Positions 10,071 through 20,538 of a DNA stretch of 64,000 bases are shown piece by piece. How positions within the stretch are numbered: position 1 is the first letter of the stretch; every line of letters begins with the position of its first letter. The notes under the pieces were generated by a model. The model ran no database searches and had not been told where the DNA came from. It saw nothing but the letters and a program-made list of their open reading frames with translations. Source of the stretch: Nannocystis bainbridge (lineage in GTDB: Bacteria > Myxococcota_A > Polyangia > Nannocystales > Nannocystaceae); assembly GCF_028368995.1 (NCBI RefSeq), contig NZ_JAQNDL010000003.1, positions 1,408,001 through 1,472,000 of the forward strand, given 5' to 3'. The position numbers and the translations under genes were made by a program.

Positions 10071-10679
10071 TCACTGCCCGCCGCCGCGGACCAGCGCCGA
10101 TTCGCCTGACCGCGTCGACCCGGCCAGCGCCGCGCGCAGGGCCTCGGCCGCCGCCAGATCGGCGGCTGCCTGCTCGACCACCGTCACCAGCTCCGCGCGC
10201 AGCCCTGGTGCCTGCGCGTACGGTCGCGCCTCGTTGTTGACTGCCCCGATCCCCAGCATCAGCGCCTCGATCTGTCCCTTGAGCCAGATCTCGTCGAACC
10301 CGGCCCCGCGGGGCTCGGCCGGCAGCTCTGCCAGCGCCCGCCGGGCCGCGAAGCGCAGCCCGTCGCTCGTATCACCGCCGCTCGCTCGCAGCCCCGTCTG
10401 CACGCTCAACGCTCGCAGCCGCCGCTGCCCCGCCGCCGCGTGGCGCGTGATCGTCTCGGCCAGCGCTCGCACCTCGCGGCTCGTCCCGCGCGTACGCCCC
10501 GGCGCGGCCGCCTCGCGGCTCACCGCGTGGATGGTCGCCAGCACCCCCAGCAATTCGTCGTCGGACGCCGGCGGGCTCGGCAGCGCCGCGGGCGGGAGCG
10601 TCGGCGGGGTTGCGGCCCCGGCTGGAGCTCCGCCAAGCACGACCATCGCTCCCACGATCAGAAATTTGAAGATCGCCAT
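10071..10679 (-). CDS. DUF4142-like ferritin-fold secreted protein
   Basis: Signal peptide; pattern SDDELL...EVRALAETITRH...GAGFDEIWLKGQI. Confidence 0.6.
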   Translation of the reverse strand: MAIFKFLIVGAMVVLGGAPAGAATPPTLPPAALPSPPASDDELLGVLATIHAVSREAAAPGRTRGTSREVRALAETITRHAAAGQRRLRALSVQTGLRASGGDTSDGLRFAARRALAELPAEPRGAGFDEIWLKGQIEALMLGIGAVNNEARPYAQAPGLRAELVTVVEQAAADLAAAEALRAALAGSTRSGESALVRGGGQ

Positions 10680-11300
10680 GCCACGAGCGTGACCCGGGTC
10701 TCGCGCCCCAACGTGGCTCCCTCGCGCTCCCCGGGGCCTCCCTCCTCGCGCCCGCGCCAGCGCGCGCCGGACCCCGCGTGCGCGGCCGCCACCCGCCGGG
10801 CCCGGTCTCTCTTCATATGTCCTTCACGACATGTCGTCCATGACATGTCATGCGAGCGACCTACGCGACATCTCGGCAGTCCGCGAGCGCTCGCCACCAT
10901 CGTCGAGGTCGCGGCCACCGAGCCCGCACCGGCCTCAAGCGGACCCGAGCAGTCGATGATCGCCCTTGCGACACCGCATGCGAGCGAGCGCCTGTGACCG
11001 CCGTCGAATCGCGGCGCCCGGGTCCGCGCCACCGCAAGCAGGCCGCCCGGCCGACGCCGACATCCGCATGACCGCCCTCTTGCCGCCGAACGGCGAGAAC
11101 TGACAGTCGCCGCGACATGAAAAAAACCACGCCGACCCCCGCACCGCTGACGACCGCTCAGACCACCTGTCCATTCGGACACATTATCTGCTTCCCCGCC
11201 CGTCGGCCCCGCGATTCGCAGCTTCATCCTTCGCCGCCCCGCCCCTCGCCCCCGGAACCGCGACTTGTTCGCCCGTGCTCGCCGTGTCACCTTCCGCCGC

Positions 11301-11933
11301 ATGCGATTACCCCGATTCGCCTGCGCCCTGAGCCTGGTCCTGTTCGCCTGCGGGGGCGACAGCGACACCAGTGCCACCGACACCACCGGCGTCACCGAGG
11401 CCAGCGGCACCGACGGCACCACCGGCACCGACGGCACCACCGGCACCGACCCCACCGAGGCGCCCGGCACCGACACCGACGGCGAGCCGCTCGCCCCCGA
11501 GTGCGCCTGCCTCGCCGACGAGGCCAGCTGTGGCGCCGAGCTGTGCCCTGGCGTCGGCCTCGACTGCGAGGAGCCCGCCTGCGATCCCGCCCACCCCGTC
11601 AACGACGAGGCCGCCCTGCAGTGCACCCTCGAGGCTCTGCGTGACCGCGAAGCCGGCAAGGTCTCCTGGTTCGTGCGCGAGAGCCTCGGCCAGTACGCGT
11701 ACGGCACCACCATCTACGTCCAGGCCGACGGCAGCGCGATCGTCACCCGCTCCGGCGGCGCTGACCTTTGCAGCTACTGGGGCCCCGACACCCGCCACGC
11801 CCTCGCCGAGCCCACCTACTTCGACGATTGCCTGGCCCTGCCGACCGGCCGCGAGCGCTTCGACTGCCTCGTGGAGGGCCTGGGCGAGGAGCTGCAGGTC
11901 TGCGTCCCCGAGGCGCAGAGCTGCGAGAGCTAG
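11301..11933 (+). CDS. Cys-rich lipoprotein with Thr/Gly/Asp linker
   Basis: Lipobox LFAC, GTDGTT repeats, multiple Cys. Confidence 0.75.
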   Translation: MRLPRFACALSLVLFACGGDSDTSATDTTGVTEASGTDGTTGTDGTTGTDPTEAPGTDTDGEPLAPECACLADEASCGAELCPGVGLDCEEPACDPAHPVNDEAALQCTLEALRDREAGKVSWFVRESLGQYAYGTTIYVQADGSAIVTRSGGADLCSYWGPDTRHALAEPTYFDDCLALPTGRERFDCLVEGLGEELQVCVPEAQSCES

Positions 11934-12053
11934 CGATCTCGCGGCGCCTCGTCTCCCCGAGGCGCGCGCGTGCCATGACCTTCAAGACATGTCCCCAAGA
12001 TCATCCACGCACGCCTGGCATGATCTTCGAGACATGTCTTAAAGTTCACCTCG

Positions 12054-13139
12054 TCACTGCGGGATCAGGCAAGCGCACGCGTCCTTGTCCCCGTCGTCCG
12101 GCGCGTAGTCGAAGCAGGTCGCGTCGTAGGCCTCGCACAGCCACGCGTGGCCGTTGCCGCACAGGGTCAGGACCGCGTCCGGCAGCATCGGCGCCCCGCC
12201 CAGCAGCGGCGCCTCGCCCAGGCCCAGCTTGGTCGCCGGGGCCACCACTCCGCCGAGCGGATCGATGATCGCCGCGCGGGCGTCCGGGGCGGTGCTCATC
12301 ACCAAAAAATTCTCGCTGCCGGCGATCAGCGCGATCCCGTCGAAGCCGGTCAGGCCGACCTGCCCGGGCATGTCGACGCGGCGGACCTCGCTGAGCCCGT
12401 CGCGTGACAGCACCACCAGCTCGTTCGTCCCGTAGCTGGCGATATAGAGGTTGTCGTCGAGGCCGAGCGCCAGCCCGGCGCAGACGCTCATGCCGAACCC
12501 GAGCTGCTGCGGCGGCTCGAGCGGCGCCAGCGTCACCGGGTCGACCTCGTTGAGCACGCAGCTCTGGTTGATGAGCAGCCCGCGCTGCAGCTTCGCATCG
12601 TACGTCGCCCCGTCGAGCTGCGGCAGCGCCTCGGCCGGCACGTCGAACACCTCGCCCTTCGGCGTGCCGTCGGTGCTGAAGCGGCGCGCCTTGCCGCTGA
12701 ACGACATGATCATGACCTCGTCCGCGTCGCCGTTGTAGAACGACGCCTGCAGCACCTTGTCGGGCAGCCCGGTGTCGAACTTCTTGACGTAGGTGAACGC
12801 CACCGTGTCGGTCACCGCTTGCGGGTCGCAGAAGTTCGGCTCGGTGGTGCTCGTCGCCGGCTCGGTGGTGCTCGTCGAGCTCGTCGTCGTCGTCGAGGTC
12901 ACCGCCGAGGTCCCCGTCGGCACCTCGCCGGTCGAGGTCGTCGAGTCGCTCGTGCCGGTTCCGGTCGCCTCGCCGGTGGTCGAGCTCGAAGTCGGCGGTT
13001 CGGCCGTCGTGCTCGCCGTGTTGCTGGTCGTCGACGCCGTCGTCGTCGCCGAGGCGCCGCCGCTGTCCGGGCGACCTTCGTCGCTGCACGCCGCGAGGGC
13101 GCAGGAGGTGAGCACGAAGACCAGCGATCGCACGAACAT
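12054..13139 (-). CDS. Lipoprotein with Thr/Ser linker and beta-propeller-like domain
   Basis: Lipobox LAAC, long T/S tract, repeats such as GLALGLDDNLYIASYG. Confidence 0.75.
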   Translation of the reverse strand: MFVRSLVFVLTSCALAACSDEGRPDSGGASATTTASTTSNTASTTAEPPTSSSTTGEATGTGTSDSTTSTGEVPTGTSAVTSTTTTSSTSTTEPATSTTEPNFCDPQAVTDTVAFTYVKKFDTGLPDKVLQASFYNGDADEVMIMSFSGKARRFSTDGTPKGEVFDVPAEALPQLDGATYDAKLQRGLLINQSCVLNEVDPVTLAPLEPPQQLGFGMSVCAGLALGLDDNLYIASYGTNELVVLSRDGLSEVRRVDMPGQVGLTGFDGIALIAGSENFLVMSTAPDARAAIIDPLGGVVAPATKLGLGEAPLLGGAPMLPDAVLTLCGNGHAWLCEAYDATCFDYAPDDGDKDACACLIPQ

Positions 13140-13591
13140 GGCCGACCATAGCCCAGCCCCACCGAGCCCGGGGCTCGATCGCGCGCGACCGCGAAGCACC
13201 GCGCCTCATGCAAACCCCGTCGTCGCGGCGCGTGAGCCCCGGACACCGCCCGCTCGACGCTCGCGCAGACGGTCGCGCGGCGAAATCAACCTGTCCCGAA
13301 GACCATCTCCATCCTCCTCGATCTGCATCCCCGCGAGAATCATCGCGCCGACGCACTCGCCGCAGACCCCGACTGCCGAACCCCGCCTCGCCGGTCCCCG
13401 CGCCGCCGCCCCCGCCGGCAGTTTTCCCCCGCTCCGCCGCCCCCGCCCCGCAGAATTTCCGCCGCCGGCTCGCCGCTCTGCCGCCCCGCCCCGCCGATTG
13501 CCGCGCAGATCCTCGTTTCGCGCCCCGCCTCGCCGCCGGGCCCCCTTCCGCCGCGCCGTCGCCTGCGATATCCCTCGGCTTGAGCCGCGCC

Positions 13592-15088
13592 ATGACGAAC
13601 GACCTGCGCTTCCCCGCCCGCAGCTACGACTTTACGCCCTACGTCCCGTGCAACAACTGGATCGGCGGCGAGTTTACCCCCGCCGCCGCCGGCGACAGCT
13701 TGCCGATCGACAACCCGCGCCACGGCAAGACCTTCGGCCACGTCGCCATGTCCGGCGCCGCCGACGTCGCCCGCGCCGTCGAGGCCGCCAAGGCCGCCTT
13801 CCCCGGCTGGCGCGACACCCCGCTCAAGGAGCGGGTCCAGGTCCTGTTCCGCCTCAAGGCCCTGCTCGAGCGCGACCTCGAGGAGCTCGCCTGGCTCGTC
13901 TCGCACGAGAACGGCAAGGTCATCGCCGAGGCGCGGGCCGACGTGCTCAAGGGCATCGAGTGCCTCGAGTACGGCATCAGCCTGCAGAACATGGTCGCCG
14001 GCGAGCAGCTCGACGTCAGCCGCGGCATCAACTGCAGCATCACCTACGAGCCGCTCGGCGTGTGCGCCGGCATCGTCCCGTTCAACTTCCCGATCATGGT
14101 CCCGCTGTGGATGCTGCCGCAGGCGCTCGTGTCCGGGAACACCTTCATCCTCAAGCCGTCCGAGGTCGTCCCCTACGGCGCGATGAAGCTCGCCCAGCTG
14201 CTCCAAGAGGCAGGTCTGCCCGCCGGCGTGTTCAACACCGTCAACGGCGGCCAGCCCGCCGTCGAGGCCATCGCCGACCATCCTGACATCAAGGCCGTCG
14301 GCTTCGTCGGCAGCACCCGCGTCGCCAAGGCCGTCTACTCGCGCAGCGCCGCCGCCGGCAAGCGGGCCCTGTGCCTCGGCGGGGCCAAGAACCACTTGCT
14401 CGTCGTGCCCGACGCCGACCTCGAGCTGACCAGCACCACCGTCGTCGCCTCCGCCTACGGCTGCGCCGGCCAGCGCTGCATGGCCGCCTCGCTGATGATC
14501 GCCGTCGGCGACGTCGATCCGATCGTCGACGCCATCGTCGCCCACGCCAAGAAGCTGCGCCTCGGCGAGGACATGGGCCCCGTCATCCACGGCGGCGCCG
14601 TCGAGCGCATCACCCACTACATCGCCGACGCCGAGCGGCGCGGGGCCAAGATCCTGCTCGACGGCCGCGGCGCCAGGGGCCCCGGCGGCGTCGGCCACTG
14701 GGTCGGCCCGACGATCCTCGACCACGTCAGCCCCGACATGCCGGCCGGCTGCGAGGAGATCTTCGGCCCCGTCCTCTCCATCATCCGCGCCCGCACCGTC
14801 GACGAGGCGATCGCCATCGAGAACGCCAGCACCTACGGCAACGCCGCCTCGATCTTCACCCAGAACGGCGCCGTCGCCCGCTACTGCATCGAGCGCTTCG
14901 AGGCCGGCATGTGCGGCGTCAACATCGGCGTGCCCGTCCCGCGCGAGCCGTTCTCGTTCGGCGGCTGGAACCAGTCGCTGTTCGGCGCCGGCGACCTGAC
15001 CGGCTGGGACGGCCTGCGCTTCTGGACCCGCGCGCGCAAGCTGACCACCCGCTGGCAGCTCAGCAAGGACGCCACCTGGATGTCCTGA
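13592..15088 (+). CDS. mmsA: CoA-acylating methylmalonate/malonate-semialdehyde dehydrogenase
   Basis: PFNFPIMVPLWM, GFVGST, GGAKNH, GCAGQRCMA (catalytic Cys), EEIFGPV, GVNIGVPVP. Confidence 0.93.
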   Translation: MTNDLRFPARSYDFTPYVPCNNWIGGEFTPAAAGDSLPIDNPRHGKTFGHVAMSGAADVARAVEAAKAAFPGWRDTPLKERVQVLFRLKALLERDLEELAWLVSHENGKVIAEARADVLKGIECLEYGISLQNMVAGEQLDVSRGINCSITYEPLGVCAGIVPFNFPIMVPLWMLPQALVSGNTFILKPSEVVPYGAMKLAQLLQEAGLPAGVFNTVNGGQPAVEAIADHPDIKAVGFVGSTRVAKAVYSRSAAAGKRALCLGGAKNHLLVVPDADLELTSTTVVASAYGCAGQRCMAASLMIAVGDVDPIVDAIVAHAKKLRLGEDMGPVIHGGAVERITHYIADAERRGAKILLDGRGARGPGGVGHWVGPTILDHVSPDMPAGCEEIFGPVLSIIRARTVDEAIAIENASTYGNAASIFTQNGAVARYCIERFEAGMCGVNIGVPVPREPFSFGGWNQSLFGAGDLTGWDGLRFWTRARKLTTRWQLSKDATWMS

Positions 15089-15093
15089 GGGAC

Positions 15094-16455
15094 ATGTCCG
15101 AGCAGCCCTCCGAGCCCCCGAGGATCTCCGCCATGGACAGCCGCACCATCGTCGAACTCTGCAAGCAACACACCATGTGGTCGTGGTCGAAGAGCGGCCC
15201 GCTGCAGCCGCTCGCGTTCGAGCGGGCCGAGGGCGTGTACCTCTACACCCCCGAGGGCAAGCGCTACCTCGACTTCAACAGCCAGCTCATGAGCGTCAAC
15301 ATCGGCCACAGCCACCCCAAGGTGCTGGCGCGGATGAAGGACGCCATCGACGGCCACATGCTGTTCGCCGCCCCGAGCGCCGCCACCCCCGTGCGCGCGC
15401 GCCTGGGCCAGCGCCTGGCCGAGCTCGTGCCCGGCGACATCAACTCGTTCTTCTTCACCCTCGGCGGCGCCGAGGCCAACGAGAACGCGATCAAGGCCGC
15501 CCGCCTCTACACCGGCCGCCACAAGATCCTCAGCCGCTACCGCAGCTACCACGGGGCCACCCACGCCGCCATGCAGATGACGGGCGACCCGCGCCGCTGG
15601 GCCAACGAGCCCGGCGCGTCCGGCTTCGTCCGCGTCATGGACCCGATCCCCTACGACTTCAGCTTCGGCAACACTGACGCCGAGCGCACCGCGAATCACC
15701 TGCGCTACCTCGAGGAGATCATCCAGTACGAGGGCCCGCACACGATCGCGGCGATGTTCGTCGAGACCGTCATCGGCACCAACGGCATCCAGCCGCCGCC
15801 CGAGGGCTGGCTGGCCGGCCTGCGCGCCCTGCTCGACAAGTACGGCATCCTCCTCGTGTGCGACGAGGTCATGTGCGGCTTCGGTCGCACCGGCAAGCTG
15901 TTCGCCTTCGAGCACTTCGGCGCCCAGCCCGACATCCTCACCATGGCCAAGGGCCTCACGTCCTCGTACGTCCCGCTCGGGGCCATGGGCGTGACCGACA
16001 AGATCGCCGCCCACTTCCGCGACAACGTGTTCTGGGGCGGCCTCACCTACAACGCCCACCCGTTCTGCCTCGCCGTCGCCGAGGCCGTGCTCGACGTCAT
16101 GCTCGAGGAGGACATGGTCGGCAACGCCGCCCGCATGCAGCACGTCATGCTCGCCGAGATGGCCGCCCTCAAGGCCAGGCACCCGAGCGTCCGCGACTTC
16201 CGGGCCATCGGCCTGTTCGGCGCCATCGAGCTGCAGAAAGACCGCCAGGGCACCCGCATGGCCCCCTACAACGGCTCGCACCCGGCCATCGACCGCATGA
16301 TGGCCTTCTTCAAGCAAGAGGGCCTGTTCACCATCTCGCACTGGTGGACCCTGATGTGCAACCCGCCGCTCTCGATCACCGAGGCCGAGCTGCGCGAGGG
16401 CTTCGCCATCATCGACCGCGGCCTCGCCATCACCGACGAGGCCGTCGAAGGCTGA
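15094..16455 (+). CDS. Class III PLP aminotransferase (beta-alanine/omega-amino acid type)
   Basis: GGAEANE, SYHG, DEVMCGFGRTG, MAKGLTSSY (PLP Lys); starts 5 bp after mmsA. Confidence 0.9.
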   Translation: MSEQPSEPPRISAMDSRTIVELCKQHTMWSWSKSGPLQPLAFERAEGVYLYTPEGKRYLDFNSQLMSVNIGHSHPKVLARMKDAIDGHMLFAAPSAATPVRARLGQRLAELVPGDINSFFFTLGGAEANENAIKAARLYTGRHKILSRYRSYHGATHAAMQMTGDPRRWANEPGASGFVRVMDPIPYDFSFGNTDAERTANHLRYLEEIIQYEGPHTIAAMFVETVIGTNGIQPPPEGWLAGLRALLDKYGILLVCDEVMCGFGRTGKLFAFEHFGAQPDILTMAKGLTSSYVPLGAMGVTDKIAAHFRDNVFWGGLTYNAHPFCLAVAEAVLDVMLEEDMVGNAARMQHVMLAEMAALKARHPSVRDFRAIGLFGAIELQKDRQGTRMAPYNGSHPAIDRMMAFFKQEGLFTISHWWTLMCNPPLSITEAELREGFAIIDRGLAITDEAVEG

Positions 16456-16459
16456 CCGT

Positions 16460-18115
16460 ATGGACATGGCGCGAAGGCCCTGTCGCTTCGACCATGTCCT
16501 CCAGGCCATCCTGATCCTCTCCGCCTGCACCGCCCCGCCCCCGGCCCCGACGTCCGAGCCCGCGCCGTCCGCCCCGCCGGTCCAGGTCCGCGTCGAGGTC
16601 GTCACCCCTGGCGGCGGCGCCTCCGAGCTCGACGCCGAAGTCGCCCAGCCGATCGAGGCCGCGCTCGCCCGCCTGCCGGCGGTCCGGCGGCTCCACACCC
16701 GCAGCGACACCGGCCGCGTCGAGGTCGTCGCCACCCTCACCCACGCCGGCGCGATCGAGGCCGTGCGCGACGCCGTCACCGGCGTCCTCCCGTCCTTGCC
16801 GCCCGCCGCCGAGGCCCCGGCGCTCACCCGCCTCGACGGCGTCGTGCCGGCGCTGGCGCTCGTCACCCGCCCCGAGCACGCCGGCGCCGTTCAGAGCGCG
16901 CTCGAGCGGACCGCGGGCGTCGGCCGCGTCGAACTCTGCGGCGTCGGCGAGCCTCGCACCGCCGTCCTCCTCGATCGCACCCGCCTCGCCGGCGTCCCGC
17001 TCGACGCGCTCGTCGCCGCCGTCACCGCCGCCCTCGCCGACGACGACCCGGCCGCGTTGGAGCGCCTCGCCAGCCGACCGATCGCCGGCGCCCTGCAGCT
17101 CCGCGACGTCGCCGCGCTGCAGGACGGCCCGCGTCCGCCCGCGTGCCGGGCCTACGGCGCCCGCGGCCCCGTCGCCCTCGTGCTCGCCGCCACCCAGCCC
17201 GGCGCCGATCCATCTGACGTCGCCGCCCGCGCTCGCCCGCACGCCGTCGACCTCGTCTCGCCCACCGCCGATCTCTTCGCCGACCCCGTCCCGGCCGGGG
17301 GCGCCGAGCTGGCCGTCCTCACCGCCGAGCTGCGGCCGCGCGACGACCTCGGCAGCGCGCTCGCCGGCTGTCTCGCCGCCGTCCCCGACCTGCCCGCGTG
17401 GGCCCTCACCGTCGCCGCGCCCGACCCGGCCGGGCCGCTCGCGCGGGTCCGCCTGCTGGCCGGCGTCACCACGACCTTCCCCATCGAACATGTCCGGAGG
17501 GCCCTGTCCAAATGCGCAGGTGATTCACGGGTCGCCGTGGTCGCCCCGCGGCTCGCCGCCGACCACGCCGTGAGCCTGGCCGTGCAGGGCGCCGATCCCG
17601 GGCTGCGCGCCGACGTGGCCCATCGCCTCGGCGAGCGCATCGCCGGCTTGCCCGGCCTCACCGGCCTGCGGGTCCGCGCGCCCGGCCCCGCCTCGCAGAC
17701 CGTCGAGCTGCGCCGCGACGTCCTGGCCGCCCGCGGCGTCCCGCTCACCGCCGCCGTCGCCGTCGTCCGCCTCGCCCTCGGACCCGTCACCCTCCATCCT
17801 CCGTTCGTGGGCCGCGGCTCCCGGCTCCCGGTCGACATCGACCTGGTCGATCGAACAGGTCCCATCGACCCGCTGGTGCGCGAGCTTTACGTCGGCGCGC
17901 CGACCGGCCCGGTCCCGCTCGCCGACCTGGTCCAGATGCAGGCCTCCGCGGGCGGCCCGCTCGAGCGAATCGATCGCCAGCCCACCGCCTCCGTCGAGGT
18001 CCGCCTGCGCCGCGCCGCCGACGGAGACGCAGTCCGCCGCGCCGTCAAGCACTTCGAGCTCCCGCCGGGCGTCGCCGTCGTCGAGGGCGGCGAGCTGGCG
18101 GAATTCGGCCCCTGA
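16460..18115 (+). CDS. Lipoprotein resembling the AcrB/RND periplasmic porter and docking domains, without a TM domain
   Basis: PGGGASELDAEVAQPIEAAL, LPSLPPAAEAP, LRDVA, VPLADLV...ERIDRQP, LPPGVAV; lipobox LSAC; no TM helices seen. Confidence 0.6.
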   Translation: MDMARRPCRFDHVLQAILILSACTAPPPAPTSEPAPSAPPVQVRVEVVTPGGGASELDAEVAQPIEAALARLPAVRRLHTRSDTGRVEVVATLTHAGAIEAVRDAVTGVLPSLPPAAEAPALTRLDGVVPALALVTRPEHAGAVQSALERTAGVGRVELCGVGEPRTAVLLDRTRLAGVPLDALVAAVTAALADDDPAALERLASRPIAGALQLRDVAALQDGPRPPACRAYGARGPVALVLAATQPGADPSDVAARARPHAVDLVSPTADLFADPVPAGGAELAVLTAELRPRDDLGSALAGCLAAVPDLPAWALTVAAPDPAGPLARVRLLAGVTTTFPIEHVRRALSKCAGDSRVAVVAPRLAADHAVSLAVQGADPGLRADVAHRLGERIAGLPGLTGLRVRAPGPASQTVELRRDVLAARGVPLTAAVAVVRLALGPVTLHPPFVGRGSRLPVDIDLVDRTGPIDPLVRELYVGAPTGPVPLADLVQMQASAGGPLERIDRQPTASVEVRLRRAADGDAVRRAVKHFELPPGVAVVEGGELAEFGP

Positions 18116-18178
18116 GGCGTGGTCACACGCGTGTGCCTTCTTGTGCGGCCGGCGCTCGCTGGTCAAGCTGCTCGAGCC

Positions 18179-18574
18179 ATGACAGAGCCCCAAGCCTCCA
18201 GCCCCTGGCCGCGACGCGTCGGCATCGCCCTCTCCGTCCTCCCGGTCGCCATGCTGCTCTTCAGCGCGTCGGCCAAGCTCGGCTCCAACCCCGAGGCCGT
18301 CGCCGGCTTCAAGGCGATGGGCTACCCCGACGGCGCGCTGCTGAAGCTCGGCATCATCGAGCTGGTCGCCACCATCCTCTACGCCATCCCGGCCACCGCC
18401 GTCCTCGGCGCGATCCTCGTGACCGGCTACCTCGGCGGCGCCGTCGACGTGCACGTCCGCGGCGGCGACGAGCTCGGCAAGATCTTGTTCCCCGTGATCC
18501 TCGGCGTCATCGCCTGGGCCGGCCTCTACCTCCGCGACCCTCGCCTCCGCGCCCTCCTGCCGATCAAGCGGTGA
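18179..18574 (+). CDS. DoxX-like membrane protein
   Basis: LFSASAKL, GIIEL...LYAIP-TAVLGAILVTGYLGGAV, WAGLYLRDPRLR. Confidence 0.85.
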   Translation: MTEPQASSPWPRRVGIALSVLPVAMLLFSASAKLGSNPEAVAGFKAMGYPDGALLKLGIIELVATILYAIPATAVLGAILVTGYLGGAVDVHVRGGDELGKILFPVILGVIAWAGLYLRDPRLRALLPIKR

Positions 18575-18650
18575 TCCACCGCCGCGGCGAGCTCCTCCCC
18601 CGAGCTCGCCCGCATCGCTCGAATTGCGGACCCGCGGCTTCGAAGAGTTT

Positions 18651-18755
18651 CCTCGCCCCGCGCATCGTGCTCGCAGCATCGCGAGCCCGCTCGTCACGAA
18701 CCCGCCGCCTCCGCGAGCCCCTCGCCCGGCGCATCGTGCTCGCGGCATTGCGAGC
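18651..18755. repeat. Two about 36-bp imperfect direct repeats, each with an internal palindrome (CTCGC-N6-GCGAG)
   Basis: cctcgccccgcgcatcgtgctcgcagcatcgcgagc versus cctcgcccggcgcatcgtgctcgcggcattgcgagc, in an intergenic region. Confidence 0.6.
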
Positions 18756-19020
18756 GAGCTCGCTCGCTGCCTCCGTGCCGAGCTCGGCGGAATCACTGCA
18801 TCCTCGACTCGAGCCGCAGCTTCCTTCTCGAGCAACTTCGCCCTCGTGCGAGCTCGACCTCGGCTGCCCCCACCTGTCCGCCCGGGCTCCTGCGTCATGC
18901 CGGCCGCGCTCGCGAACTGCACGCACGACAGCCCTGTCAGGCTCCATGCGCCTGCGATCCGGCCCTGGGACAATTTCTCAATGATCCCGCCATGGCACGA
19001 GCCTCGCTTAGGGGCCGGGC

Positions 19021-19989
19021 ATGACCCGCACCGTCCTCACCGTCGCCTCGCTCCTGCTCGCCCCCGCCCTGCTCGCCTGTGACAGCAAGCCCGAGCCGGG
19101 CGACGACACCGGCAACATCGCTGCCAGCGAGGGCACCGACAGCGACGGCACCGACAGCGACGGCACCGAGGGCACCGCGAGCCCCGGGGACCCGACCGAG
19201 GGCACCGGCACCGGCACCGAGGGCGAGGGCACCACCACTGGTAACGTCGAGGAGGCCGTCTGCACCCCGGAGATCGTCGGCGACGCCCGGACCTGCGAGG
19301 GCGGCACCCAGTTCTGCAGCACCGACTTCGCCGTGCCCGACGCCAAGTACTTCTGGGGCCCCTGCCTCGCCGCCCCCGTCTGCCAGCCCGGTGAGGAGCA
19401 GGGCTGCAACACCTGCGAGCTGCGGGCCGACGGCGTGCCCGAGTGGGTCGACACCTGCGACGAGGGCGGCACCACCACCCCGCTCGTCCTCAACTTCGGC
19501 GCCGACCCGGTCCGTTACGCCAGCTCGGCCGCCGACTTCGACCTCGGCCCGGCCTGCGGCGCCACCGACTGGCCGACCGCCACCACCCCGTGGCTCGCCT
19601 TCGACCGCGACAGCTCCGGCGCCATCGAGGCCGGCCGCGAGCTGTTCGGCAGCGCCACCGTCCTGCGCGCCGGCGGCCTGGCCGACAACGGCTTCACCGC
19701 CCTCGCCGAGCTCGACCAGGATCGCGACGGCAAGATCTCCGCCAGCGACCCCGCCTTCGCCCGCCTCCTCCTGTGGGCCGACCACGACGCCGACCGCCGC
19801 TCGACCGCGTGGGAGCTGACCCCCATCACCTCCGCCGGCATCGTCGCCATCGGCCTCACCTACCGCAACGACTCGCGCTGCGACGGCCGCTCCAACTGCG
19901 AGATCGAACGCGCCGCCTTCACCTACCGCGACGCCCTCGGCCGCGAGAGCGTCGGCGAGATCGTCGACGTCCACCTGTCCTGCCAGTGA
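19021..19989 (+). CDS. Lipoprotein with an EF-hand-like Ca-binding domain (RTX/adhesin-associated type)
   Basis: Lipobox LLAC; TPLVLNF...WLAFDRDSSGAIEAGRELFG...NGFTALAELDQDRDGKIS...LLLWADHD. Confidence 0.8.
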   Translation: MTRTVLTVASLLLAPALLACDSKPEPGDDTGNIAASEGTDSDGTDSDGTEGTASPGDPTEGTGTGTEGEGTTTGNVEEAVCTPEIVGDARTCEGGTQFCSTDFAVPDAKYFWGPCLAAPVCQPGEEQGCNTCELRADGVPEWVDTCDEGGTTTPLVLNFGADPVRYASSAADFDLGPACGATDWPTATTPWLAFDRDSSGAIEAGRELFGSATVLRAGGLADNGFTALAELDQDRDGKISASDPAFARLLLWADHDADRRSTAWELTPITSAGIVAIGLTYRNDSRCDGRSNCEIERAAFTYRDALGRESVGEIVDVHLSCQ

Positions 19990-20538
19990 GCCTCACCGAG
20001 GCCCTCTGACGACCGCGCCGGCCCCCGCCTGCGCGGTCGTCGACGTCTGGCCCCACGACGCGGGCGGCGAATCTCGCCATCCACGGTCGCGCTGCGATCG
20101 TCGCGTCCCGGCGATCGCCGCCCGGCGGACTCGCTAGAATCACGGCGCGGCGTCGATCGACACCCCGCGAACTCGCTGCGAATCAATCCGCGCGGCGTCG
20201 AGTTCTCGCCCACGAGCTCGTGGTCTTCGAGGCCCCTCGCCAGCTGCTGTCACATGCACCTTCGGACATGCCCGAAGGGTCATGTCTCGTCATGACCTCA
20301 CCCCGCCCCGGACCGCGGCGCCTCGATCGCCGGCCCGGTCGAGCCCGCCGGGCCGCCCCCGCCTGGCCCCTCGCTGCCCGCGCGACCGCGCGCCCCGCGG
20401 CGAACCTGTCCGAAGGGCCATCCTTTCCCATCCTCGCCCGAGGCCGGTTTGGGGCCCCTGTGCCACCGGGGCGGCCCGCGCGGGCTCCGCCGTCGTTGCA
20501 CGGGCCCCGCGGCGGGCGTAGGCTTGCGACACTCCACC

